Origin: Candidatus Bathyarchaeota archaeon
Lineage (GTDB): Archaea; Thermoproteota; Bathyarchaeia; Bathyarchaeales; Bathycorpusculaceae
Assembly: GCA_963767735.1 (NCBI GenBank)
Contig: CAVYES010000005.1
Coordinates: 288,001 to 352,000 of the forward strand
DNA: 64,000 bases
Reading direction: 5' to 3'
Part shown: one piece after another, positions 29,911 through 39,499 of the stretch
Layout: every line of letters starts with the position of its first letter
Numbering within the stretch: the stretch's first letter is position 1
Notes under the pieces: generated by a model
Seen by the model: the letters and a program-made list of their open reading frames with translations, nothing else
Told to the model about the DNA's origin: nothing
The model's database searches: none
Program-made: the position numbers and the translations under genes

Positions 29911-30189
29911 ATGCCCTTAACTGAAAAAGTCTCCTTTACTGTGATGCTTCAGAGTTTCAATAAAGTGCAAATTCCAAAGCTGATTCGATGGCGCTTCAAA
30001 ATGGAGAGTGACCAAGCGTTGAAGGTGGGCGTAAATTTTTTGGGCATCCATAAGGGCTGGCAGTTTTTTTATGCAAAGATGCGTAAGGATGGACGCATAT
30101 CCATTCCAATTCTGGTGCTAAACCTATTTGAAGATGAAAACACGAGCCTAGTAGGCTACGCGTTAGAGGTAATGGTTGAACCAGCCTGA
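29911..30189 (+). CDS. Tandem AbrB/SpoVT-like (MraZ-like) DNA-binding protein
   Basis: Two swapped-hairpin-like motifs, NKVQIPKLIRWRFKM and MRKDGRISIPILVL; ATG start supported by both relic paralogs starting at P-[LI]-T. Confidence 0.75.
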   Translation: MPLTEKVSFTVMLQSFNKVQIPKLIRWRFKMESDQALKVGVNFLGIHKGWQFFYAKMRKDGRISIPILVLNLFEDENTSLVGYALEVMVEPA

Positions 30190-30349
30190 AGCCCAACAGA
30201 GTTAACAACCAAAATCGTATTGCTGTTTAAAGGTAATATGTCCGTTTGGTAATAGATACATAATATCGAGACGCCGTTCCATCAGTAGGGCTAAAAACGA
30301 CTTAACACTATAATCGCATGAGCACAAGTCAGCGGTTGAAAAGCAAGCG

Positions 30350-31090
30350 GTGTATTGTTTGGAGAAAACTTCAACCAAGCGAAGAAAAGTCATTATTGCT
30401 TCCATGTTGATAGTGGTGCTTGTTATTTCTACAGTGTCTGCCTTCCTTATTTTTTCTAAACATGAATCTACAACACTTGACTTGAGTGTTTCTTTAAATC
30501 AAACAAACGTAGTTCAGGGAAGCAACTTGCAAACAGAAGTTAACGTTACTTTAATTGGTGGTGCTGAAAATGTTTCTTTGGGCAGTAATGCGGGTTCAAG
30601 TGGCATAAGATGCAGTTTTGAGCCTGCAACTGGCATTTCTAACTTTACGAGTGTCCTTACGATGAATGTGCCCGATTCTACTCCGTCTGGTAATTACTCT
30701 GTGCTTGTTACTGCCTCAGGCGGTGGAGAAATAGAAAACGCTTCCAACATTATTTCAGTACTTAATGCTAACGTCACGGTGTTAGGAATCGTATCGGTTC
30801 CCTACCCAGCTCTAATCGAATTTACAGACCAGCAAACCAATTTAACGTCAACTTTCCATTTCCCTTTAAGTGAATCCTCAAATGCCGGCGAAGTCACGCT
30901 CTACAATTCGGGTAATTCCTACACTATCATTCTTGCGAACGAGCATACCTACAACGTGACCGTAAGCGCCTATTTCACCTTCTTGTGGGCTACTTTCACT
31001 GACACTTTTCAGGATGGCACTTTGTTCGTCTATGCACCAGCAGGTAACAGCACAATGCCTGAACAAAACTTCTCCCTTCCAAACAGTTAA
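30350..31090 (+). CDS. Membrane-anchored/secreted Ig-like hypothetical protein
   Basis: Basic + hydrophobic N-terminus, TPSGNYSVLVTASG motif, many N-x-S/T sequons. Confidence 0.7.
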   Translation: MYCLEKTSTKRRKVIIASMLIVVLVISTVSAFLIFSKHESTTLDLSVSLNQTNVVQGSNLQTEVNVTLIGGAENVSLGSNAGSSGIRCSFEPATGISNFTSVLTMNVPDSTPSGNYSVLVTASGGGEIENASNIISVLNANVTVLGIVSVPYPALIEFTDQQTNLTSTFHFPLSESSNAGEVTLYNSGNSYTIILANEHTYNVTVSAYFTFLWATFTDTFQDGTLFVYAPAGNSTMPEQNFSLPNS

Positions 31091-31302
31091 AAATTTTCTT
31101 TTTCTTTCGACAATCCCTTTTACAATTTATAGATTAGCCCAACGATTTTTGTGACTTTTTTAAATCATAAAATCAACATGGTTAACCACCCGTTGATTTT
31201 CAATTTCCCTTCTGTTTCTTATTGACTTTTAGTAAAGAACGATTGGTATTTATCGCTGGGAGAGGCTTTATTTTTCAATGGGTTTCTGTGGAGTTTTGTG
31301 CT

Positions 31303-32637
31303 GTGAAGAAAACAAGAGTAATTATTATGGGTGCAGCTGGGCGAGACTTTCACAATTTTAATGTCTGCTATCGGAGAAACAAGCAATACGAGGTTGTCGC
31401 CTTCACTGCTGCTCAGATTCCAGGCATTGAAAGAAGAAACTACCCTCCAGTTCTGGCGGGACCAAACTATCCTGATGGAATCCCCATCTATCCAGAAGAA
31501 AAACTAATAGACCTAATTAGGAAATACGAGGTTGAGGAAGTGGTCTTCGCCTATAGCGACGTTTCCCATGAGTATGTGATGCATGAAGCATCAGCGGTGC
31601 TTTCTAATGGGCCTGATTTTAGGCTGATGGGACCTTTGACAACTATGCTGAAAGCCAAAGTTCCTGTTATATCTGTCTGCGCTACAAGAACTGGAGCGGG
31701 AAAGAGCCAGACATCCAGAAAAGTAGCTGAGATTCTCAAGAACTTCGGCTACAGAATCGTGGTTGTTAGGCATCCCATGCCCTACTGTAATCTTTCTACA
31801 GAGGCAGTTCAACGCTTTGCTTCTTTTGCGGATCTGGACAAGTATGCTTGCACCATAGAGGAAAGAGAGGAGTACGAGCCCCACATCCTGCGCGAGAACA
31901 CGGTTTATGCGGGGGTCGACTACGATAGAATCTTGGCCGAAGCCGAAAACGAAGCCGACATCATAGTTTGGGATGGAGGCAACAACGACCTTCCCTTCTA
32001 CAAGCCAGACTTGCACATTGTAGTTGCTGACCCTCACAGGCCTGGAGACGAACTTAGATATCATCCTGGCGAAACAAACCTGAGAATGGCAAATGTAGTT
32101 GTCATTAACAAAGTGGATACAGCTGACCCTGAAAATGTGAAGACCGTCAGAAAAAATGTCATAAGCGTAAACGCTGAAGCTGAAATAATTGAAGCAGCTT
32201 CCCCCATCACCGTTGACAAGCCAGAACTTGTAGCTGGAAAAAGGGTACTTGTTGTTGAAGACGGTCCAACAGTGACCCATGGACAAATGGCCTATGGAGC
32301 AGGAGCGTTAGCGGCAAAGATGCTGGGAGCCAAAGAACTGGTGGATCCCCGCCCCTACGCAGTGGGCTCGATTGCTAAAACGTTTGAGAAATATCCACAT
32401 TTAAAATCTGTTCTTCCAGCAATGGGCTACAGTTCAGAACAGATACATGAGCTGGAGCAAACAATAAACGCTACACCATGCGACACAATTCTCATAGGAA
32501 CGCCGATAGACCTGCGCAGATTCCTCAACTTAAACAAGCCAAGCGCCAAAGCCACCTATGAGCTTCAAGAAATCGGAACACCCAATCTTGAAGAAATCCT
32601 AAAGAACTTTTTTTTCAAAACCGCAAAAAACAGTTGA
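31303..32637 (+). CDS. COG2403 P-loop protein (cyclic 2,3-diphosphoglycerate synthetase-like; arginine synthetase ArcE-like)
   Basis: IIMGAAGRDFHNFN, RTGAGKSQ, RHPMPY, TIEEREEYEPH, WDGGNNDLPF, VEDGPT. Confidence 0.85.
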   Translation: MKKTRVIIMGAAGRDFHNFNVCYRRNKQYEVVAFTAAQIPGIERRNYPPVLAGPNYPDGIPIYPEEKLIDLIRKYEVEEVVFAYSDVSHEYVMHEASAVLSNGPDFRLMGPLTTMLKAKVPVISVCATRTGAGKSQTSRKVAEILKNFGYRIVVVRHPMPYCNLSTEAVQRFASFADLDKYACTIEEREEYEPHILRENTVYAGVDYDRILAEAENEADIIVWDGGNNDLPFYKPDLHIVVADPHRPGDELRYHPGETNLRMANVVVINKVDTADPENVKTVRKNVISVNAEAEIIEAASPITVDKPELVAGKRVLVVEDGPTVTHGQMAYGAGALAAKMLGAKELVDPRPYAVGSIAKTFEKYPHLKSVLPAMGYSSEQIHELEQTINATPCDTILIGTPIDLRRFLNLNKPSAKATYELQEIGTPNLEEILKNFFFKTAKNS

Positions 32638-32705
32638 CGCCAGCACCCTTATAAGAAAAATGTCAATTAAAAACACAAACGTTACGCGGTATCAGGCGAA
32701 ATGAA

Positions 32706-33410
32706 ATGTCCGAAAAAACTCGTTCTGACCCTAAGAGGGTCTTAAAGCAGTTACTTGAGGGCAACATCAAGTATGTCAAAAAGTATTCTTCAGAATTCGA
32801 CCAGCTTAAATTGAAGCAGACTCCGAAAGTTACCTTATTGGCATGCTGCGATTCCAGGGTTCCACAGAACCTATTTGACATTGATAGCCCAAATGAGATA
32901 TTCACCGTAAGAAACATCGGCAATCAATTCCGCAATTCAGAAGGCTCAGTTAAGTATCCAATAATTCATTTGCATACCCCGCTCTTAATCGTGTTGGGTC
33001 ATACGGGCTGCGGAGCCATAAAGGCAGTTTTGTCTGACTATAGAGAAGACGACGACGCCATACAAAAAGAGGTCATCGGCCTTGTCAATTCTATAAGGGT
33101 AGCCAACCAGACCAGGGACATGACCAAGATTGCTGACGAAAACCAGAAACTCGCGATATACGGCCAAGCCAATGTAGACCAACAGGTAAACAAGATTATG
33201 GCAGAGTACAGCGTGAAAGCAAAAATCCAAAAACAGAAGCTCTATGTCGTCGGTATGGTTTTTGACATCCACGGCGTCTACGGTGGAAAGCTTGCCCAAG
33301 TTTACATTACAAACATCAATGGCATAACCGACATCGATGAGATCAAGAAGCATGATCTTGCCGCTGAGATTGGAAAAGATATAATTAGTCAGAAATTCAA
33401 GAGATTGTAA
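32706..33410 (+). CDS. Beta-class carbonic anhydrase
   Basis: CCDSRVP and LGHTGCGA zinc ligands, RNIGN. Confidence 0.9.
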   Translation: MSEKTRSDPKRVLKQLLEGNIKYVKKYSSEFDQLKLKQTPKVTLLACCDSRVPQNLFDIDSPNEIFTVRNIGNQFRNSEGSVKYPIIHLHTPLLIVLGHTGCGAIKAVLSDYREDDDAIQKEVIGLVNSIRVANQTRDMTKIADENQKLAIYGQANVDQQVNKIMAEYSVKAKIQKQKLYVVGMVFDIHGVYGGKLAQVYITNINGITDIDEIKKHDLAAEIGKDIISQKFKRL

Positions 33411-33560
33411 CGGATCATGGATGTGAAACTGACGGCGTGCTCATAGTTCCCTAAATAGAGAGTTTGGTGAGTTTAAGTCATAGGAAGTTTGCTAAGAACT
33501 CCTCAGCATTCACCAAGTAATCTTCATAAAAGATATAGTTTTTGACCTAAACTTAACGAT

Positions 33561-34253
33561 TTAGTCTTTACTTTGCTTTTCTGACAATATCTTTAGGACC
33601 TCTTCCTCCGTTAGGTCGTACCAGTTCTCGTAAGCGTCTGCGACGGCGAATGACGGTCCACTTCTTATGTTGAGACATATGATCTTGTCTGCTTCGGGAA
33701 GGAGAAGTTCGATGGCACCTAACGAAGCTGTCGGTACAGCAACAACTATATTTTTAGGCATACTCTTCCTTGCGGATCTTGCTGCAGCCAGCATAGTGAA
33801 GCCCGAGGCAAGCCCGTCGTCGACGAATATGACAATCTTGTCCCTTAAATGGGGCATCGGTTTATCTTGTCTGAACAATCTAAGTCTATCTTGAATATTT
33901 CTTTTAGTCTTCAAGATTGACTCCGCTATCTCTTCTTTGGTCAGGTCCAGCTGCTCAACAAGAGGTTCGTTTAGAACTGTTTCTCCATCCCAGGTTACTG
34001 CCCCGAATCCAGCTTCAGTGTTCCATGGAATTTGGATTTTCCTAACTATCACCACATCCATCGGAACGCCAAGTTCTTTTGCAACCACGTAGCCGACGGG
34101 AACTCCACCTGCGGGAACAGCTAGGACGATAACATTCTTTTTACCGCGATATTCTCGAAGTTTCTGTGCCAAAAAGTTGCCTGCCTGAAATCTGTCTCGA
34201 AACACGTTCAGTCGTTCCCTTAAAGAGGGTTCCTCAATGATCTGGGCAATCAT
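33561..34253 (-). CDS. Type I phosphoribosyltransferase family protein
   Basis: FRDR..AG, GGVPV, VDDGLASGFT PRPP-binding loop. Confidence 0.88.
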   Translation of the reverse strand: MIAQIIEEPSLRERLNVFRDRFQAGNFLAQKLREYRGKKNVIVLAVPAGGVPVGYVVAKELGVPMDVVIVRKIQIPWNTEAGFGAVTWDGETVLNEPLVEQLDLTKEEIAESILKTKRNIQDRLRLFRQDKPMPHLRDKIVIFVDDGLASGFTMLAAARSARKSMPKNIVVAVPTASLGAIELLLPEADKIICLNIRSGPSFAVADAYENWYDLTEEEVLKILSEKQSKD

Positions 34254-34393
34254 GACTTAAAACCTAACACGGATAAACCATGAAATCCGCTGTGTCTTAA
34301 TTACATATTTTCTGCCTATAACGATTTGCTAAACTGTAAAAACATTAGGGCGACTGGAATGAAAACGAATCACTTCTTTATGATTAAATTTCA

Positions 34394-35221
34394 TTATGGT
34401 AATCTGATGCTGTAAAATCTCATCAAGTTAGATGGGTTAATAACCAGTACAAAGGGGCAGCCTCCGTACACTCGCGTTGAGCTAACTGTAATCACCTGTC
34501 GATGATGCATAAAGTAAGGACCTTTTGATGCTTTTTGTGGTTCATGGCTTCGCACTATTTTCTTGATGCCCAGATTTTCGCAAACCTTCGATGTCACGTC
34601 GAATCCGAATTCAACACCAGCACCTCGGTTTGCGTTCGGCTTCTCGCCTTGCCCTTCAAATGGGTCTGACCATAATACATCAGTTTTCACTTCGTCAGTT
34701 GGATGTTTCAGGTCATCTTGGCTTCTTATTCTGCTTGAAATCCCCCCGTGAACAAAAAGTAAATTTTCGGGAACAATAGCAGCCAAATTAAGATCCCGCA
34801 GGAAGCTTTTCAGTGTTTTTTCAAAATATTCCGACCAAATGCCGTTTTTTCTCAATACTTCGCCGGGTAGGGTGCTTGGATAAAAATTCGGTTCTCCACT
34901 CTCCGAATAATCTTCGTGGTTTCCTCTGAGCAAAACGATGTTCAGAGGTTTACTATCTCTTAGGCGGCTTAAGGCATCTATGATCTCCATCCCGAAAACA
35001 CCTCTATCGCCGTAATCGCCCAGAAATATCAGGCAATCTTTCGCTGGATCAGCCACATGGAGCAAAGAACGAAAAGAGTCATAATCACCATGAAGATCTC
35101 CAATCACCAGTAGCCTTCTAAATTTAGACAGCTGCTGCTTATCCAATTCAACCAACTGTGATTCCATCTTATCGCTCACCCAATTGACATAATACCCTGC
35201 TTCCTTTCTATCCGATGTCAA
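34394..35221 (-). CDS. PPP-family Ser/Thr protein phosphatase
   Basis: GDLHG, GDYGDRG, LRGNHE, HGG, DVLWSDP, RGAG..FG, RSHE. Confidence 0.9.
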   Translation of the reverse strand: MTSDRKEAGYYVNWVSDKMESQLVELDKQQLSKFRRLLVIGDLHGDYDSFRSLLHVADPAKDCLIFLGDYGDRGVFGMEIIDALSRLRDSKPLNIVLLRGNHEDYSESGEPNFYPSTLPGEVLRKNGIWSEYFEKTLKSFLRDLNLAAIVPENLLFVHGGISSRIRSQDDLKHPTDEVKTDVLWSDPFEGQGEKPNANRGAGVEFGFDVTSKVCENLGIKKIVRSHEPQKASKGPYFMHHRQVITVSSTRVYGGCPFVLVINPSNLMRFYSIRLP

Positions 35222-36212
35222 CAGGTGTCATCGTTCGTTCTGTTCCGCACTTGCTACATTTTTCTATTGATAGGTACCCGGATGTTTTGCGTTGGTATTT
35301 GATTGGGCCTTCAGGGTCAGGGTAGAGAGTTGTTTTTTCTGCTATGGTTCCTCGTTTTATTGGTGTAAATTCGTGTGTGGTTCTCTTTAGAACTTCTAAA
35401 ACTCTGAAATTATCTTCAAGCTGGGTTTTGAGCTCTTCGGATTTGGCTAATTGACCCTTGTCGAAGTTTTCTAGTTGCGATTTAATTGATTTTAGTTTGC
35501 CAAGAGAGGTTTTCAGTTGATTTATCTGGGCTGTTGCTTCCGTTATGGGTTCGTACTTGTTAATGGTTTTGTTGATGTTTTCAATGTCAGCCGATATTAA
35601 GGCTAAGTTATTTTTGATTGTTGCATAGTTGTTTACTGCTTTGGTCAGGCTTTTGTTTTGTTCAGTCAGTTTTTCTATTTGAGGCTTGTACTGTGAGAAT
35701 TTTTGGTCGTAATTTTGAGGGTCTATGTGGCATAAAGGTTGTTGGTTTTCAATTTCTTTTGTCGCCTCAAGAAATTTTGTGGCTTCTTGCTCAATTTTGT
35801 CAATCAGGTTTCTATCAGGAACTTGATAGTTTTGCCATTTATCTCCAATTGATTTCATTTTATTAACAGTGCCCGATCTTAGCTTTGTTTTTCTTTCTTG
35901 TTGTATTGCTTCTTGCAGTTGCCTGGTAATTCGGGCGGTTTCGGCTTTTGCTAAAGCTTCCATCGCTGTTTTTCCTTTTGGAGTCAGCTCAAAACCAACT
36001 TTGCCTTGCAAGTAAACTTTGCGGATCAAATTTTTTGCGCTCAGTCTTTTGATGCTCATCTCTGCTTCTTCGCTGCTGATTTCCATTTTGCTGCTGATTC
36101 GAGCAAGCGCCAGTCTTTCCGTTAAATCAGCTATACTTTTCTTAGACAGATAATTTACGATAGCATCGTCTACTGATAATTTGCCTTCATCGCCAATGCT
36201 CGTGTCGTCCAA
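35208..36212 (-). CDS. Winged-helix + long coiled-coil protein with C-terminal CxxC
   Basis: LIRK...FELTPKGK wHTH wing; heptad-rich K/E/Q middle region; CSKCG at the end. Confidence 0.7.
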   Translation of the reverse strand: MDDTSIGDEGKLSVDDAIVNYLSKKSIADLTERLALARISSKMEISSEEAEMSIKRLSAKNLIRKVYLQGKVGFELTPKGKTAMEALAKAETARITRQLQEAIQQERKTKLRSGTVNKMKSIGDKWQNYQVPDRNLIDKIEQEATKFLEATKEIENQQPLCHIDPQNYDQKFSQYKPQIEKLTEQNKSLTKAVNNYATIKNNLALISADIENINKTINKYEPITEATAQINQLKTSLGKLKSIKSQLENFDKGQLAKSEELKTQLEDNFRVLEVLKRTTHEFTPIKRGTIAEKTTLYPDPEGPIKYQRKTSGYLSIEKCSKCGTERTMTPVDIG

Positions 36213-36295
36213 CCTCGATCAATACGGTTAGTGCAGAGGTAAATAAATTCAACTGGGTACGCTCAAAGATTAAGCTAGTCTTCAAGCATTTGTTT

Positions 36296-36655
36296 TTACC
36301 AATCAGGTTTTCTCTTCCAAATGTTAAATGTACATTGACCCCAACAGTAAGAACCAGCCTTGTATTGACAGCCATTACAGCCAATGCCTGTGAATTTAGG
36401 TACAGACTCTTTTTTTGTTTGAACCCGGACAAATACCTTTTTTGGTTCTTCACTTTGATTCGCAGACACGCCTTCTTTTTGGTACTTCAAACGCAGTGGA
36501 CATTTTTCGTAAATTGAAGAATCGGAAAAAATGGATTGAGGACAAGTTTGACCTCCGCAATGACGAATGACTAATTCAAATTCCCCAAAACCAGTCTCAA
36601 CTTTAGCATATTCACAACAAACCACTTTCACTTTCCCCCAGTCCAAACTCCTCAA
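36296..36655 (-). CDS. Cys-rich hypothetical protein
   Basis: About nine Cys in 119 aa; co-oriented upstream of the wHTH/phosphatase pair. Confidence 0.45.
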   Translation of the reverse strand: MRSLDWGKVKVVCCEYAKVETGFGEFELVIRHCGGQTCPQSIFSDSSIYEKCPLRLKYQKEGVSANQSEEPKKVFVRVQTKKESVPKFTGIGCNGCQYKAGSYCWGQCTFNIWKRKPDW

Positions 36656-36763
36656 TCAAGTATAAAGCCTCATCACGCTTATCTTGTTTTACTTCTTAAT
36701 TGGTTATTGCGCAAAAAATATTAACATGCGATGCCTTTTCGATTGGCATTAAGGTAAGGCTAA

Positions 36764-38266
36764 TTGTCCAAACCGACTAAAGCTCGCGGCGTAGAAGAGA
36801 TTAACGAGAAAATTCGCAACGGCGATGTTCAGGTTTTAACCGCTGAAGAAATGAAAAAACTAGTTGAAAGCAGCGGCGTTGAAGTTGCCTTTAAAGAAGT
36901 TGATGTTGTTACAACAGGAACTTTTGGTGCCATGTGTTCGTCAGGCGCAGTTATTAACCTTGGGCACTCAGACCCGCCAATTAAAATTGAGCACGCATGG
37001 ATGAACGACGTGGAAGTTTGCCATCCTGGCGCAGCGGTGGACCTGTTTATTGGAGCAACTAACATGTCTGAGAAGCAGCCTTTCGAGTATGGCGGCGGAC
37101 ACGTAATCCAAGACCTTGTTGCAGGCAAAGAGGTTGAACTACGCGCCACAGCTTACGGTACTGACTGTTACCCGAGAACTCAGCTTAAAACAACATTAAC
37201 AAAAGACGATTTAAACCAGTTTTATCTTTTGAATTTCCGCAACTGCTACCAACGGTACAACTGCGCAGTGAACACAAGTGACGAAGCCATCTACACTTAC
37301 ATGAGCAAACTCTTGCCACGACTGCGAAACGCGACGTTTTCTGGAGCAGGCGAATTAAACCCGCTCATGAACGACCCAGATTACGAAACAATCGGTATGG
37401 GGACAAGGATTTTTCTTGGCGGAGCACAAGGCTACGTGATTGGTGAAGGAACGCAGCATAGCCCCAAAAACCTAAACGGGACCTTGATGGTTAAGGGCGA
37501 TGCGAAGAAGATGTCTCCTGAATTCTTGCAGGGCGCAGCCTTCACGCGCTACGGGACTTCAATGTACGTTGGGCTAGGTATTCCTATTCCAATTTTGAAT
37601 GAGGGCTTAGCAAAGAAGACAGCGATTCGTGACAGCGAAATCATGACGGATGTGGTCGATTACAGCGTGCCGCGTAGAGACCGACCGAAACTTCGGCAAG
37701 TGAGTTATAAAGAGCTAAAGTCTGGCTCTATAATGATTAATGATAAGAAAGTCAGGGTTAGCAGCCTGTCTAGCTTAAAGATGGCTAAGAAGGTTTCTCA
37801 GACACTGAAGTCTTGGATTGAGGATGGCACGTTTTTCTTAACTTCACCCGTTGAGCGGTTGCCTACTGACAGTGTGTTTAAGCCTATGAGGCAGACGGAG
37901 GAAATACCGTTCGTCGTGAGCGTTATGCATCCCGCGGTCACATGCACTGAGAACGAGGAGATACGTGCTATTGCCGAGCGGATTGTAACTAAATCGGTTA
38001 ACCACATCGTGGTTGTTGACGACGCTGGCAAATTGAAGGGCATCGTTACTTCCTGGGATGTCACTAGGGCGATGGCGGAGGGCAAAAAAGCGTTAGCCGA
38101 CATAGAGACACATAACGTGGTGACTGCTAAACCCGATGATCCGCTAGAGATTGCTTCGAAACGGATGGCTCAACATAACATTTCAGCGCTACCAGTGATT
38201 GATATAGAAAATAAAGTGATGGGCATAATCACGTCAGAAGACGTGTCTAAACTCTTGGGGCGATAA
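36764..38266 (+). CDS. DUF39 + CBS homocysteine biosynthesis protein (L-aspartate semialdehyde sulfurtransferase)
   Basis: VDVVTTGTFGAMCSSGA, YGGGHVI, GTDCYPR; C-terminal CBS pair. Confidence 0.9.
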   Translation: MSKPTKARGVEEINEKIRNGDVQVLTAEEMKKLVESSGVEVAFKEVDVVTTGTFGAMCSSGAVINLGHSDPPIKIEHAWMNDVEVCHPGAAVDLFIGATNMSEKQPFEYGGGHVIQDLVAGKEVELRATAYGTDCYPRTQLKTTLTKDDLNQFYLLNFRNCYQRYNCAVNTSDEAIYTYMSKLLPRLRNATFSGAGELNPLMNDPDYETIGMGTRIFLGGAQGYVIGEGTQHSPKNLNGTLMVKGDAKKMSPEFLQGAAFTRYGTSMYVGLGIPIPILNEGLAKKTAIRDSEIMTDVVDYSVPRRDRPKLRQVSYKELKSGSIMINDKKVRVSSLSSLKMAKKVSQTLKSWIEDGTFFLTSPVERLPTDSVFKPMRQTEEIPFVVSVMHPAVTCTENEEIRAIAERIVTKSVNHIVVVDDAGKLKGIVTSWDVTRAMAEGKKALADIETHNVVTAKPDDPLEIASKRMAQHNISALPVIDIENKVMGIITSEDVSKLLGR

Positions 38267-38269
38267 AGC

Positions 38270-38701
38270 GTGGTTAGACTTCTTTTAAGATTCACTGAAG
38301 AACAAGTGCCGCAGCCTATAGCTTCTCAAATAATTATTGAGTACAAAGTGCCAATGGTAATTTTGTCTGCGTTCATAAACTCTAAGGGCGGCGAAATACT
38401 CATTGAAATCCCAGACGAGCAGCAGGAAAAAATAGTAAAAGCTTTCAGGGAAAGAGGCATCTCAGTAATCGTTCCCAAATTAATCGAGGTAGATACTGAG
38501 AAATGTTTCAGCTGCGGCTCCTGTGTGGCCCTTTGCCCTGTGGAAGCCATAAGCATAGACAAAGATTCCACCGTACAATTCAACAAGGAAAAATGTGTCG
38601 GCAGCACCTGCAGCATCTGCGTTGACGCATGTCCAGCTAGAGCGATAAAATCAATCAAACAAACCAGCTCTGAGCAACCAGCAAATAATAGGAAAAAATA
38701 A
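38270..38701 (+). CDS. NIL-domain + 2x[4Fe-4S] ferredoxin (partner of DUF39 protein)
   Basis: N-terminal NIL-like domain; CFSCGSCVALCP and CVGSTCSICVDACP. Confidence 0.88.
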   Translation: MVRLLLRFTEEQVPQPIASQIIIEYKVPMVILSAFINSKGGEILIEIPDEQQEKIVKAFRERGISVIVPKLIEVDTEKCFSCGSCVALCPVEAISIDKDSTVQFNKEKCVGSTCSICVDACPARAIKSIKQTSSEQPANNRKK

Positions 38702-38703
38702 CG

Positions 38704-39408
38704 TTGACAGGAAGCCTATTCAAAGAAAACTTTATTCTAAAAGAAACACAATGCACCATAATTTCAGATAAACGGCAAGCCATCCGAGCAGCCACAGCAT
38801 CCATTAAACGCAACAGGGAAGAACTCGAAATTTATGTAAGAGCCCATCCCAAGTTCTTGTATACGCTAAAGCCAATCCCGCCGCCAGAAAAACCTCTTGT
38901 GGCCAAATTGATGGCTTTAGCTGCAGAAAAAGCAGACGTTGGACCCATGGCGGCTGTTGCTGGAGTCATAGCAGACTTAGCAGTAAACGACATGACCTGT
39001 GAAGGCTGCAAAGTCGCTGTTGTGGAAGACGGCGGCGAAGTCTCAGCAATATCAAACACGCCTGTTGATGTGGCAGTTGCCGCTGGAGAAGAGCCCCTGT
39101 CAAAACGGTTCGGCTTTCGGCTCACAGAATTCCCAATCGGCATCGCTACCAGTTCAGGACGATTTAGCCATGCTTTAAGTTTTGGTGATGCGGAGGCAGC
39201 GACGGTTTTTTGCAAAAACGCCTCGTTAGCCGATGCGGCAGCCACAGCCGTGGGCAACGTTGTTAAAGGCGAAAACGCAGAAGCGGCGATCAAATCGGCA
39301 ATCGACAAAGGACTATCGATTGAAGGTGTGGAAGGAGTGCTCATAATCTACAAAGGCCAAGTGGGCACCGCAGGCAAAATCCCTCAAATAATCAAAGTTG
39401 AACCATAA
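38704..39408 (+). CDS. UPF0280 / ApbE-like protein
   Basis: VGPMAAVAG, GIATSSG, SFGDAEA, ADAAATAVGN. Confidence 0.88.
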   Translation: MTGSLFKENFILKETQCTIISDKRQAIRAATASIKRNREELEIYVRAHPKFLYTLKPIPPPEKPLVAKLMALAAEKADVGPMAAVAGVIADLAVNDMTCEGCKVAVVEDGGEVSAISNTPVDVAVAAGEEPLSKRFGFRLTEFPIGIATSSGRFSHALSFGDAEAATVFCKNASLADAAATAVGNVVKGENAEAAIKSAIDKGLSIEGVEGVLIIYKGQVGTAGKIPQIIKVEP

Positions 39409-39499
39409 AAATAAGCAAAAAGCAGCTTACCAAAAAACACCTGCACTGAGGAATAACAATAGCCAAATTTTAATAAGCGTGCCGAGTTTACTAAATTAA

